The position numbers were made by a program, and so were the translations under genes. Of a DNA stretch of 64,000 nt, positions 40,624 to 50,201 are shown one piece after another (position 1 is the first letter of the stretch; every line of letters begins with the position of its first letter). The notes below the pieces were generated by a model, which did not search any database, had not been told where the DNA came from, and was given only the letters and a program-made list of their open reading frames with translations. Origin of the DNA: Candidatus Latescibacterota bacterium (lineage in GTDB: Bacteria > Latescibacterota > CBDEFO01); the NCBI GenBank assembly GCA_965248755.1, contig OZ252149.1:978295-1042294 (forward strand), read 5' to 3'.

Positions 40624-43600
40624 TTACTTACTCACGGCCGCCTTTATGAAGACCTCTTCCTGTTTCCCGTTACCCGTAGCCTCAAGCCGAAAGATGTAAA
40701 GACCGCTTGCGTAATTGCTCATATCCATCAGGATTTCATTATCCGACACCGGTTCTAAATCGTCCTTTGACATCTCTCCCACAAGCTCTCCCGCTCCGTT
40801 GAACATTTTGACGTTTATCCTGGCTTCTCCTCCCAGGAAGAACCTTAAATGAGCCGAATCACCATCTATGGGATTGGGATAACAGTAAGCTCTGTCCGAA
40901 GGCAGAAGACTTACAGATTGCGGGGGGGGGGATGTAACACCCGGATAGACTCCTGGATTAGCCGGACCTGCGTTTGACTGACCCCACGTTATATCGGTTC
41001 CCGTGTAGGATGAAGCTATCTTGGATATGTCCCAGACATGAGCAGTACCCGAGGCGGTCAGAGCGCACAGTTCGAGGCGGTCATCGCCATCCAAATCATC
41101 TATTACAAGCGATGAGACGATATCTCCTATCGAGGTTAGAGGAAATCCGGAGGCTATTTGACCGTCAGAACGGAGGGCGTAGACCAGATCTTGCGATGTC
41201 CCGAAAATTATCTCCTGATCCCCGTCGCCATCTATGTCAGCCGCGATAGGCGAAGATGCGATCCCTCCGACCTTATCCTTCAGAGGCAAAATGAGGGGAA
41301 AATTGGCCTCTGGGATGCCGTTAAACCTCCAGGCGTGCACCTTTCCCTCTCCCGTAAATACAACCTCCAAAGAACCGTCTCCATCCAGATCGGTCAAAAT
41401 AGGGGACGACCGAATATCATCTCCGATATCTGCCTGGAACAGCGGACGTTCCTCCCCGATAGACTCAATCAGGGATTTAGAATAGACAGTCAAAATCCCA
41501 TTTTCTGACAGGAGGATAATTTCAACCTTCCCGTCTCCATCCATATCTCCAAGCACGGGAGAACCTGAGGGACGACCTTCGATATTGCCGACCGGAGCTT
41601 GCTCTCCGCTTCCGTCCTCTCCTACGATAAATAGTTCTCCCTCTTCGTTGACAGCAATTATGTCCTTGCCCTTTATTGCTATCCCGACTATCTTTGACCC
41701 TCCTGTTTCGACTTTGCGAAGGAGGCTCCCATCCTGGCCATCTAAAATGGCAATTGAACCGTCGTCTGAGCCTACTATAACTTCTCCTGTCGCATCCGTA
41801 TCCACGTTAGAGATAATTGGAGCCGTCGAGGCACCTATCCCCTCTATTCTCCACAGTAGAGAAGTGGACTCAGAGTTCCAAGAAGATACGTCTCCGTTTT
41901 CGTGAACCAGCACGACTTCTGGCGTCAAATCCCCATCCACATCGCCTACCGCAGGGTCGAGTAGGACACCAGAATCCGTCTGAAAGGCAGAAAGAGTCGT
42001 CCCATCCAACCTCCAGATATGCACATTGCCATCGCGCGCGACGGCTATTATCTCTTTTTCCCCATCTCCATTTACATTAACGGTCTTCGGAGACGCCACG
42101 AATCCCGACGGCAAAGAGAGCGGCCATCCTTCCTTATTTGCGTTAAACGTAATTTCCACCGTCATTTCATCTTGTAGAGAGTCCTTCACAACTATCGTAA
42201 TACCCGTCACTGTCCCGGACTTGCTATCTGAACTCGGGACAGTAGAGGGCGAAAAGGCCGTCGCTCCGCCCACAAAAAAAGGATCTTTCTTTGACCCGGC
42301 GATCCCGGCGATCCTATCGAAATTAAGATTGCCGATGTCCTCATAGCCGTCTGCCTCTTCAAGGTCTATGCCTCTGTCAAAGGAATCATCATTTATACTT
42401 CCTGTAGCTCTTTTTCCCCTTATAACGGCCTTGTCTATATGCCATATCAATATCCCTGATCCGGGGATATAGGAATCGTAGCTGTCGACGGAGAGCCACA
42501 CTCCCGCGCTGTCCCCTGTCGAATACTCCACATCGGGAAGTTCACCCTCCCGTCGTCTCATCTGTCTGTTTTCCAGGAGAAAGTATTCGTCGGAGTCTAT
42601 GGGAACCAAAACCGCTTTGGGGTGGTGGGACGAAATGTCTGTTGCTGCAATGGTCAGAGTCGTATCTCTGGTCACCTTTAGGGGGTCTATCCATCCGAGT
42701 TCTATCTTCGACCACGCCATGGGATAGCTCGGAACGTATCCCAGAAGCCCAGCTCCCACGTTTATAAATCCAGTATCCATCAAACTCCAGCCACCTACGG
42801 CGGGGAGATTATCTTCAAAGTTCGATAGCCCCGGAAGTCCCAGTTGATTCCCAAAGATCCGCGCCGCCGTCCCGTTCAAGCCGCCTACGCCATTTTGACT
42901 TATAGACTCCGGAAGTATCCAACCGTTATCTATGGCGAAAGATCCTTCCTCCACAAAGACAGGACCGCCCACAAAAGTATCAAAGTCACGAGGAGATAGA
43001 TAGGCAGATGGGATATCGTTCAAAGCTCCTGTGCTGCCGTCCATCCCTGCGTGGATGACCAGAAAACTGTTGTACTGCTCAAAATCTAAGTTGTCCCCTT
43101 CCACAGAATCGGCCAAGGATAAGGCGTTCTTAAACAGATCAACCAACCTTTGATCGATCTCGTCCTGATTCCTCCCGTTTCCGTAGCTTATCATTGTTCG
43201 TCGGAGCTTGTAGCTGGAGTCCTGTTTTGTCGGGAAGACATCGAATCGGATCTCTACCTTGCCCTCTGAGACTTTATCGTAGTAGTTGGCAAGGGCCTGA
43301 AGATGCCATTCGAAGTACTGGCGATTGTGCGGGGGGGTGTCGTAGGGAAATTCATACGAGGGGAGGGCTTCCTGGAAGCTCCTCAGATCAAATATACCGT
43401 CCCCTGTGGTTGTAGGATCGTCCGGCTCCTCTTTAGGGAACTCCACCCTTAGTGCCAAAATGTTCCACACGGAGTCGACCCCCCCGATTAAATCGGGGGT
43501 CGACCTCTCTTGGTCCGAGGACGAAGATGCGGCAAACGATAACACCAAGCAAAGAGCAGATAGGCTAAGGCAAAGACAGCTACGCAGTTCCTTCGCCTTT

Positions 43601-43671
43601 CCCTTCTTCTTTCTATAGTGTGGACGTTCCTTTGCCTTAGGAGCGTTGCAAGAAGGCTTTGCCATCCTCAC
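40624..43671 (-). CDS. large secreted protein with FG-GAP/VCBS-like repeats and T9SS C-terminal sorting domain; N-terminal ~500 aa of unknown function
   Basis: Signal peptide; repeated D.DGDG..E (DVDGDLTPEVV, DMDGDGKVEII, DLDGDGSLEVVF, DIDGDGDQEIIFG) FG-GAP-type motifs; C-terminus ..CYPNPIDGDSAHLRFFLGGEARINVKMFNGAGELV..GLYIFRLEATGNGKQEEVFIKAAVSK = CTD. No HExxH found. Confidence 0.6.
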   Translation of the reverse strand: MRMAKPSCNAPKAKERPHYRKKKGKAKELRSCLCLSLSALCLVLSFAASSSSDQERSTPDLIGGVDSVWNILALRVEFPKEEPDDPTTTGDGIFDLRSFQEALPSYEFPYDTPPHNRQYFEWHLQALANYYDKVSEGKVEIRFDVFPTKQDSSYKLRRTMISYGNGRNQDEIDQRLVDLFKNALSLADSVEGDNLDFEQYNSFLVIHAGMDGSTGALNDIPSAYLSPRDFDTFVGGPVFVEEGSFAIDNGWILPESISQNGVGGLNGTAARIFGNQLGLPGLSNFEDNLPAVGGWSLMDTGFINVGAGLLGYVPSYPMAWSKIELGWIDPLKVTRDTTLTIAATDISSHHPKAVLVPIDSDEYFLLENRQMRRREGELPDVEYSTGDSAGVWLSVDSYDSYIPGSGILIWHIDKAVIRGKRATGSINDDSFDRGIDLEEADGYEDIGNLNFDRIAGIAGSKKDPFFVGGATAFSPSTVPSSDSKSGTVTGITIVVKDSLQDEMTVEITFNANKEGWPLSLPSGFVASPKTVNVNGDGEKEIIAVARDGNVHIWRLDGTTLSAFQTDSGVLLDPAVGDVDGDLTPEVVLVHENGDVSSWNSESTSLLWRIEGIGASTAPIISNVDTDATGEVIVGSDDGSIAILDGQDGSLLRKVETGGSKIVGIAIKGKDIIAVNEEGELFIVGEDGSGEQAPVGNIEGRPSGSPVLGDMDGDGKVEIILLSENGILTVYSKSLIESIGEERPLFQADIGDDIRSSPILTDLDGDGSLEVVFTGEGKVHAWRFNGIPEANFPLILPLKDKVGGIASSPIAADIDGDGDQEIIFGTSQDLVYALRSDGQIASGFPLTSIGDIVSSLVIDDLDGDDRLELCALTASGTAHVWDISKIASSYTGTDITWGQSNAGPANPGVYPGVTSPPPQSVSLLPSDRAYCYPNPIDGDSAHLRFFLGGEARINVKMFNGAGELVGEMSKDDLEPVSDNEILMDMSNYASGLYIFRLEATGNGKQEEVFIKAAVSK
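40922..40931. repeat. G10/C10 homopolymer inside the CTD-coding part of 40624..43671 (in-frame, encodes PPP)
   Basis: ttgCGGGGGGGGGGatg on plus strand; coding strand reads ACA TCC CCC CCC CCG CAA (TSPPPQ). Confidence 0.8.
43483..43513. repeat. Family B hairpin GTCGACCCCCCCGATTAAATCGGGGGTCGAC
   Basis: Extended 12-bp stem. Lies on the minus strand inside the 5' coding region of 40624..43671, overlapping signal-peptide codons. Confidence 0.55.
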
Positions 43672-43687
43672 AGGTGGACGATCCGCC

Positions 43688-44743
43688 TTAGAAGTTCAAG
43701 TTTACCGAAAACTTCGTGCTGTCCTGGAGGGGAGAATCCTTCGAACCGCCAGAGATGTAGGCAAAATCGAATCTCACCCAGTCGTACTTGAGACCTACGC
43801 CGAAAGTCGGGGTTTTGATCTCGCCGTCCTTGTCGTAGGTGTAACCGGCTCTCAGAGCGAAAAAGGAGTTTTGATTGGGATCCAGAAAGTACTGATACTC
43901 TCCTCCCAAGTGGATGTCAATTTCGTCTCTTTCATTCTTGAAGGATTCATCTCCCCACGCCTTGACCAAAGCTACCAGGAAGTTACTGTCCCTGGTTATT
44001 AAGGGCTTATAGAAGTCGGTCGTCAGCATTATGTCGTTAAACTCGGTGTTGAGGATCTTGTACGACGCTCCGACTACGATGTGCTGAGGTAGTGGATCTG
44101 CCTGAGAAGCATCTACGAAGCTGATTTTGGGCCCCAGGTTGCGAAGGGCGACTCCGAAGTTGATGCCGTCTTCTGAGCGCCGCAGGTAGCCAAGATCGGT
44201 GGCGAACGTTGTGCCGACGCCATCTCCTCTCTCCTTACCGGTGCCTACACCTGCAAGATTGCTGCGGATTATCTTGAGCGTAAGACCCGCTGCACTCTCT
44301 TTAGTTACAAACGCTCCGTACGAAAGTGAAAGGGCAAAATCGTAGCTGGAGAACGTTCCTAAATCGTTGTTGAACTCGTCTCTCCTTTCCTGAGTTCCCA
44401 AAGTGAGGAACGAAAGGTTGACCCCGAAGTTTCCCCATCCTTCAATAGGCTGAGAGTATCCGACAAACTCGAAGAACAGGTCATCCGCCAGCCCTGGAAG
44501 CCACTTGGTATGGGTAAAGGTCATATCCCTCTTTTTCTGTCCCGCTAAGCCAGCAGGATTAAAGTAGCTGGCTGTGGCGTCGTCCGCTATAGAAACGTAA
44601 GCGTCGCCTAAGGCTGAGGCCCGTGCCCCCGGCTCTATCAACAGAAAGAGGACAGCAGCCTGGCTTTCTGGCGTAGCCTCTGAAGGTGGTGCAAGAGAGA
44701 GGAACATTATCGCTGAGATGACGATACGAATGACTAGTTGCAT
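43688..44743 (-). CDS. porV: T9SS outer-membrane channel/shuttle protein PorV (PorV/PorQ family, FadL-like barrel)
   Basis: Start at MQLVIRIVISAIMFL..; ..GARASALGDAYVSIADDATASYFNPAGLA.. is the conserved PorV/PorQ N-terminal motif; ends ..FSVNLNF; immediately downstream of the PorU-like gene. Confidence 0.75.
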   Translation of the reverse strand: MQLVIRIVISAIMFLSLAPPSEATPESQAAVLFLLIEPGARASALGDAYVSIADDATASYFNPAGLAGQKKRDMTFTHTKWLPGLADDLFFEFVGYSQPIEGWGNFGVNLSFLTLGTQERRDEFNNDLGTFSSYDFALSLSYGAFVTKESAAGLTLKIIRSNLAGVGTGKERGDGVGTTFATDLGYLRRSEDGINFGVALRNLGPKISFVDASQADPLPQHIVVGASYKILNTEFNDIMLTTDFYKPLITRDSNFLVALVKAWGDESFKNERDEIDIHLGGEYQYFLDPNQNSFFALRAGYTYDKDGEIKTPTFGVGLKYDWVRFDFAYISGGSKDSPLQDSTKFSVNLNF

Positions 44744-44784
44744 TTTTACCTCCTTTTGACAAAGGGAATAAAATAATTCCTTTG

Positions 44785-44870
44785 AGATTGCTTCGGGGTT
44801 CCACCCCTCGCAATGACTAAGGCAAAAGCCAAGCAAACTGTCATTGCGGGCGAAGCGAGGCAAACTCAAT
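44785..44870. repeat. Family A element GAGATTGCTTCGGGGTTCCACCCCTCGCAATGACTAAGGCAAAAGCCAAGCAAACTGTCATTGCGGGCGAAGCGAGGCAAACTCAAT between porU stop and porV start
   Basis: Near-identical to 21913-21960 and (reverse-complemented) 37321-37388. Confidence 0.7.
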
Positions 44871-44884
44871 TCTGTCCTGGTTGA

Positions 44885-47800
44885 CTATCTCATAACTACA
44901 ATCTTATCCGTCTTTTCATCTTTGTCTCCTCCAGATCCGAGGACCTCAATTTTGTAGAGATATACGCCGTTTGCTAACTTGACATCGGGTATCCAACCAG
45001 TCTGGTTGTATCCCGTTCCAGTCTCCCCCTCAAGATCGTCTATAAGTCTGCCTGAAGGTGAGAACACTTTGATCTTTACCCTCCTAGCTGGATGACTGAG
45101 TTCGTACGTGAAGGTCGTTTGGGACGTCATCGGATTCGGATAGCACAAAAGGTTTGAAACCGAAAACTCCCTTTCGGAAGCTACCACGACCCGTACAACC
45201 TTCTTGGATGAATTGTTGAACGTATCCCAGGCTTTAACTACTATAGTATGTTCTCCTTCTGAAAGCTGCGGGAGTTGATACTTCAGAACCCCCATCTGGT
45301 AGCCGTCTTGGTTTACAAAGTTATCCGTAACCTTAAAGACCTTTTCGTCATCTATTTTGATCTGTATCTCGTGCCCTATTTCCCCTGTTACGTTTATTCC
45401 GTTTTCGTCCTGGATAGTCGCTTCTAGAATAGGAGTGCGCGATACAAAATCCCCGTCTTGAAAGCCTTTTTGTCCCTGGAATCCTATCTCAATAGTAGGT
45501 CCTGTCTCATCTTGCACGGAAGTTTCTGCAGTTCCAGTTATAGATATAGACTCAACTTCACCTGTGCCTGAGATCCTGTCGTTCCATACAAACGCGCTTA
45601 TTCTGGCAAAACGCCCCCCGTATGTTATGTCCTTGGGGACCTTAAAAGCGCCCTCAAAGTGACCGTTATCCACGGGGAGGGTGCCTTTAAATATAGTAGC
45701 TCCGGGGAGAAGATAGCTGACGTCTCTGGGAGACAGAATAGTCCTGATTACTTGAATCCCCGAGTCGAAGACCTTTATAATGGCCTGTCCCTGGAAGTCT
45801 GTAGGATCTCCATCAGGTGATAGCACGGAACCTTCAAACGTAACCTCTTCTAACGCCTTGATGTTCTTTGAGATGGCGATGTCAACAGAAAGTCGAGGGA
45901 GGGAAAGCCTTGTGCCTGGGTCCCCGAAGATGGTGTATCTGCGGGTGTTAAAGATAGCGGAAACGTTGACCAGTAGCTTTGCTTCCCAAAATGCCAGGCC
46001 TATGGGGACACTTTCTCTTTCTGAAAGGAAGAGCCTGTCGTAGAATCTCCTGTTCAGATCCATGTTTGAATTGTGAAAGCCTATTCTTGTGGCTCCGATG
46101 ACGGCTATGCACCCTCCCTCTGGCCATTTGACCATCGTCTCGGGCATAGATTCAAAATCAGGGTCGTCGAACCAGCCTGTCTGGCTTGCCGCCAGATACA
46201 TCAGCGGAAGCTTCCTGCCGTTGTTTATCTTGGACATGTCGCTTGAGGCTACAAAGACATGCTCGTGGGCAAGGACATCAGAGTTTCCGTGCCCGACATA
46301 GCTTAAAAGCAACGCCCCTTTATTAAAAGCGTCTATGAATGCCCTGTTGGCATCGGGTTTGAATCTTCCTATTTTGTCAAATTCCATAAGGAATATCTTA
46401 ACCTGATCCAACTCCTGCGGCACAAAATTTAGCGATATATCTTCGGCATCCTGGGCAAAAATGGGCTCTATTCTACCCGGCCTGGACTGCCTTTCGTCAT
46501 CCGCCACGATAATGATCTTGCTTTGCCAGTCTCCTATCTCGGGATCTCTGTCGTAGCCGATGATCTTATCCGAGACAATCTTCGCCTCTTCTTTAGTCTG
46601 AACGGAGATCCTTCCTATAGCCATATCAGGACGCCTGTCTCTGTCGCCACTTACAAGGACGTACCACTCGTCCAGACTGCTTATGCTCTTCTCATAGGGA
46701 GGTATCCAATTACCCGGGCTGATGCCGCTGTTGTTCTTGTAATCGAACGACCCGTCGCCGAAGAGATTGACAAATGTCGGTCTTATCCTCCAGTTGCCGA
46801 AAGTATGCTTCATAAAATCCCTTATGGCTGTAGGATCGAAGACCCCCCAGGAAAACTCATCGTAGATGTGTTCAACATCTATAAGCTCGACAGATAGGGG
46901 CGGTCCAAAGCGGTCATCGGTCTCCCTCCATTCGGCAAGCCTTCTGGCCTCGTCAATAAAGTCCCTGTGCGTAATGAGCAGATAGTCGGCGCCATTATCG
47001 GGGCTTCTGAGGTTGGAGTTTTCCTTCAAAGATATTCTAGCGGGAGACTTCCACTGAGAATCTAACGCAATACAATACTGCATGGGAGGATCTCTTCTAC
47101 CTTGGCCCTGAAATGTGACGGACTCCTTGCCACTGTCGTAGGAAAAGTTGACAACCCTTAAGACATTGAAAGGATCTGAGACCTCAAGAATTTCAAAGAT
47201 CGGACTTAAAACACCGGAAATTTCAAATTGGGCGCTCCCGGAATCGACAGGGGAGGTGAAGAAGAGTTCCCCCTCGTCTATGACGAACTTTCTAGAATAC
47301 TCTAATTCGTACCAGTCCAGTCGGACGGATGTCTTTCCTATCTGTCTTATCTCTAAATCATTAAGTCCGTCCCTGGGAGGCTCGGGAGACTCAAGCTCTA
47401 CGATCTCTGGAGTTCTGTTGTAGAACTGAGCGTTCCCAAGGGAAGAGCCGTTGAAAGAGAACGAAAACTCGTGCTTTACGTTGTCTTGATTGCCTAGAAA
47501 TCTGACTTTAACGTTTGTAGGTCCTTCGGCAGGAGAGGTGATCAACCGCCTTTTGACTCTCCTGTTTCCTGAGTAATCTTCCCAGTACCACCGTTTTCCC
47601 GAGTCCTTCTCAAACGAAAAGAGTTCCTGCTCAACGTGGAGTCTGTCCCTATAACTTAAGGGACGCACAGGGTCAGGTTCCTTGAGACTGCCGTCCTGAG
47701 GGATCATCCTCTTGCCCTGTCCACTCCCGAAGGTAAGCCAATATACGTTCTGTCTGGTAAATTCATTAAGGAAGTACGCAAATTCCTTCTTCCTCGAGAA

Positions 47801-48712
47801 ATAACGCCATCTGGAGATATTGTTCCCGTAGAAGAGCACATAATCGTCCGGATCCAGCCTTCCGTCTCCTTCGTCCTCCACGAGGATAGCTATCTGGTCC
47901 ATATTCTGTCTTCTTGGGGTGAGCATTCCCTCGGGGAGTTGTTCCCCCCCTCCGTAAAACATCTTTATGGTCTTCGGATCGATCCTAGATATGTCCACTC
48001 CGGAGTTTTGGATATCCCGGCCGCTTATGACATGTATTCCATCATCTTCGATGTAAATCTTCAGCCACTCTCCCGAAGCAAAGGGACCATCAGAAATGAC
48101 CTTGGGACTGGAGTCATCTGTACCTTTCCTCCAGTACTTGCCCTGTTGATAGTTGAGAAGGATTTTGTATATTTCTTCTCCTATTTCCGATTCACGGTGA
48201 GAGACGGAGAGGGGACCTTCATAATCGCCGTAGAACCCAATATTAGCTTCTATTTGCTTGTAGGCGACGATATGATCTTTTGAGGGATCGTACACCGCTG
48301 GGTAAAAGGTGAGGGTAACGACACTTTGATCCCTCAAAGTGCCCGGTTCTGAAAGAACCACCGCTTGTGTTGGCGCGTCACGATAGTCCTTTGTGGACTC
48401 AGTCTGAAAAATTTTATGCGGTGGAACACTATCTACTCGTCTGAGTATAGCCCCGCCCTTAGGTGGAACCGCTATCAAGAAGGATTCTGAAGGGAAGACT
48501 ATCGAACCTCTGCCTGTCTCCGCCTGATCCACGTCCATAAAAAGAGCTACGTCCTCCCTTACGTTTCTTTCTAACCGGGCTCCTTCAAATTCATCTATCG
48601 TGTAAACTAATCCTATTCCAGAACGATCCGAACTTGTCACTGCTATATGTCCGGCCTCACTGTACGCCGATAGGCCTAAAATTAAGGAGGTAAACAGAGC
48701 AAAGCGATGCAT
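44885..48712 (-). CDS. porU: T9SS C-terminal signal peptidase/sortase PorU-like protein (large, with own CTD)
   Basis: 1276 aa from MHRFALFTSLILGLSAYS; position directly upstream of porV (canonical porU-porV pair); gingipain/C25-like region (..SYVGHGNSDVLAHEHVF..); C-terminal CTD ..LLCYPNPMTSQTTFTYELSHPARRVKIKVFSPSGRLI..GVYLYKIEVL... The ORF-track start at 48760 is TTG and overlaps the preceding gene. Confidence 0.65.
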   Translation of the reverse strand: MHRFALFTSLILGLSAYSEAGHIAVTSSDRSGIGLVYTIDEFEGARLERNVREDVALFMDVDQAETGRGSIVFPSESFLIAVPPKGGAILRRVDSVPPHKIFQTESTKDYRDAPTQAVVLSEPGTLRDQSVVTLTFYPAVYDPSKDHIVAYKQIEANIGFYGDYEGPLSVSHRESEIGEEIYKILLNYQQGKYWRKGTDDSSPKVISDGPFASGEWLKIYIEDDGIHVISGRDIQNSGVDISRIDPKTIKMFYGGGEQLPEGMLTPRRQNMDQIAILVEDEGDGRLDPDDYVLFYGNNISRWRYFSRKKEFAYFLNEFTRQNVYWLTFGSGQGKRMIPQDGSLKEPDPVRPLSYRDRLHVEQELFSFEKDSGKRWYWEDYSGNRRVKRRLITSPAEGPTNVKVRFLGNQDNVKHEFSFSFNGSSLGNAQFYNRTPEIVELESPEPPRDGLNDLEIRQIGKTSVRLDWYELEYSRKFVIDEGELFFTSPVDSGSAQFEISGVLSPIFEILEVSDPFNVLRVVNFSYDSGKESVTFQGQGRRDPPMQYCIALDSQWKSPARISLKENSNLRSPDNGADYLLITHRDFIDEARRLAEWRETDDRFGPPLSVELIDVEHIYDEFSWGVFDPTAIRDFMKHTFGNWRIRPTFVNLFGDGSFDYKNNSGISPGNWIPPYEKSISSLDEWYVLVSGDRDRRPDMAIGRISVQTKEEAKIVSDKIIGYDRDPEIGDWQSKIIIVADDERQSRPGRIEPIFAQDAEDISLNFVPQELDQVKIFLMEFDKIGRFKPDANRAFIDAFNKGALLLSYVGHGNSDVLAHEHVFVASSDMSKINNGRKLPLMYLAASQTGWFDDPDFESMPETMVKWPEGGCIAVIGATRIGFHNSNMDLNRRFYDRLFLSERESVPIGLAFWEAKLLVNVSAIFNTRRYTIFGDPGTRLSLPRLSVDIAISKNIKALEEVTFEGSVLSPDGDPTDFQGQAIIKVFDSGIQVIRTILSPRDVSYLLPGATIFKGTLPVDNGHFEGAFKVPKDITYGGRFARISAFVWNDRISGTGEVESISITGTAETSVQDETGPTIEIGFQGQKGFQDGDFVSRTPILEATIQDENGINVTGEIGHEIQIKIDDEKVFKVTDNFVNQDGYQMGVLKYQLPQLSEGEHTIVVKAWDTFNNSSKKVVRVVVASEREFSVSNLLCYPNPMTSQTTFTYELSHPARRVKIKVFSPSGRLIDDLEGETGTGYNQTGWIPDVKLANGVYLYKIEVLGSGGDKDEKTDKIVVMR

Positions 48713-48757
48713 ATATAAGCCTTCTGCGGACACCTTGCGAATTTTTTCACCGATGTT

Positions 48758-48930
48758 CAATCTTCGATCTTTTCCGCCTCATCTATGAGCATAATAGGTA
48801 TGTCATCCTCAATGGAATATCGCAGCTTGCACGACCAGCAGGTAAGCTTTTCGTTGTCTTGATCGTATTGCAACTCCCCCTTGCACTTAGGACATGCAAG
48901 GATATCCAGAAGTTCCTTTTTCAGAGACAT
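48758..48930 (-). CDS. Trm112/YcaR (DUF343)-family small zinc-ribbon protein (57 aa; below ORF-track cut-off)
   Basis: Manual translation MSLKKELLDILACPKCKGELQYDQDNEKLTCWSCKLRYSIEDDIPIMLIDEAEKIED; CPxC..C..C pattern and IEDGIP-like box of Trm112p-like proteins. Confidence 0.55.
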
Positions 48931-49040
48931 TTCCCTTTCCTTCTAATAATTAGAATCTGAACCCAGTAGCTTGACAAAAGTTAGCGGATATGAGTACACA
49001 GCGGAACTTCCCCCTATCCACCGCGTACAGGTTATTCGTC

Positions 49041-49586
49041 CTATGAAGTCAGGAGACTTCTCCTTGGACCTTTGATTAATCTTGAATGATAGGTTTTGAC
49101 ATCCTGATGACGCCCTGCATGTCGCATGACGCCCTGCATGTCGCCGTCGCTGGCTGCTACATGCCCTTTATATTCGTGACTGTGATCCGTCCCGCCCTCA
49201 TCACCAGCAACAGCATCCCTATGACAACCACGATCAACTTCGTGTTCTATGTCATCAGTCACTTCATCACTGTGAGAATCACTATCGCCGTCTTGCTCTA
49301 TGTCATGAGTTATCTGATCACTATGAGAACCACCATGACCCTCGGGATCCGCGCCAGCCACAAGGTCAATCAGGTTCCTGATGTCTCCTGAATCCTCCGT
49401 ACTGACCACGAGATCACCGCTGTCGTCCTCTCCTGCAGCTTTCTTAAGTCTATCTGTTGACTCCTGATCAGCCGATGTGGAGCCTGAGTAATCCGATCCA
49501 ATTACACTATCGGTTGGTCCCCGACCACATCCAAGAATGAGGAGCATAGCACCGATCCCCGACGAAAATGTTACAATCATGCGCAT
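49041..49586 (-). CDS. His/Asp-rich lipoprotein (putative metal-binding); 3' end altered by a 19-bp tandem duplication
   Basis: Lipobox ..LLILGCG; repeated H.SD/HE.D strings (HGGSHSDQITHDIEQDGDSDSHSDEVTDDIEHEVD). Confidence 0.5.
   Translation of the reverse strand: MRMIVTFSSGIGAMLLILGCGRGPTDSVIGSDYSGSTSADQESTDRLKKAAGEDDSGDLVVSTEDSGDIRNLIDLVAGADPEGHGGSHSDQITHDIEQDGDSDSHSDEVTDDIEHEVDRGCHRDAVAGDEGGTDHSHEYKGHVAASDGDMQGVMRHAGRHQDVKTYHSRLIKGPRRSLLTS
49107..49144. repeat. 19-bp perfect tandem duplication (ATGACGCCCTGCATGTCGC x2) inside the 3' end of 49041..49586
   Basis: Shifts frame: without the second unit the ORF would end about 20 codons earlier (..GDMQGVIRMSKPIIQD*). Confidence 0.8.
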
Positions 49587-49756
49587 CCCAACTCCATCTC
49601 CTTTTGAAGATGTTATGCAACATCTACTAAGTCTATATGACTACCTCTTCCGCCGGTGGGATTCAACTTTTTCCGCTTTGAAGTTATAAATTTGCAACAA
49701 TGTCCACATCATGTCAAGTTAATTCTATTTTGCCCAAAAGGTTCTTCGATACCCCT

Positions 49757-50101
49757 TCATCCGGGCGGCCAGTTCATGCTCCTGCCTCCCAAAAGGTGCA
49801 TATGTATATGAAATACCGACTGTCCCGCCCCGCGGTTGCAGTTAAAAACGAGCCTGTAGCCCGAATCCGATATCCCTCGGTCCTTGGCTATCTTGGCTGC
49901 TGCTATGATCATTTTGGCTGTTGTATCGCTATCACCCACTGAAAGATCGTTCAAGGTAGAAATGTGCCTTCTGGGAATGACCAATATATGGACTGGGGCT
50001 TGTGGGTTTACATCCTCAAAAGCCACAAGATCGTCGTCGCTGTATACTATAGTGCTTTGGATTTCTCCATCAGCTATCTTGCAGAATATGCAGTCGGGCA
50101 T
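49757..50101 (-). CDS. HIT-family (histidine triad) nucleotide hydrolase
   Basis: ..CIFCKIADGEI.. and HIHMHLLGG histidine-triad motif; start at MPDCIFCKI. Confidence 0.85.
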   Translation of the reverse strand: MPDCIFCKIADGEIQSTIVYSDDDLVAFEDVNPQAPVHILVIPRRHISTLNDLSVGDSDTTAKMIIAAAKIAKDRGISDSGYRLVFNCNRGAGQSVFHIHMHLLGGRSMNWPPG

Positions 50102-50139
50102 AGAAGGCCTCCTCAAAAGAAGTAGTCGGTAGCCCCCGA

Positions 50140-50200
50140 CCCCCGATAGAGTCAATCGGGGGTAGACAGGGCCACTCCACCCCCTGCTTACTGTCTATTA
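50140..50200. repeat. Family B hairpin CCCCCGATAGAGTCAATCGGGGG + family C palindromic unit GGTAGACAGGGCCACTCCACCCCCTGCTTACTGTCTATTA
   Basis: Between rsmE stop and HIT start. Confidence 0.6.
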
Positions 50201-50201
50201 A

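Noticed and set aside
48713-48760. TTG-initiated 5' extension of the PorU-like ORF (MNIGEKIRKVSAEGLY-) overlapping the Trm112-like gene stop
   Set aside because: The ATG at 48712 is followed directly by a canonical signal peptide (MHRFALFTSLILGLSAYS). The extension would put 16 residues in front of the signal peptide and overlap the upstream gene, so the shorter start is preferred.
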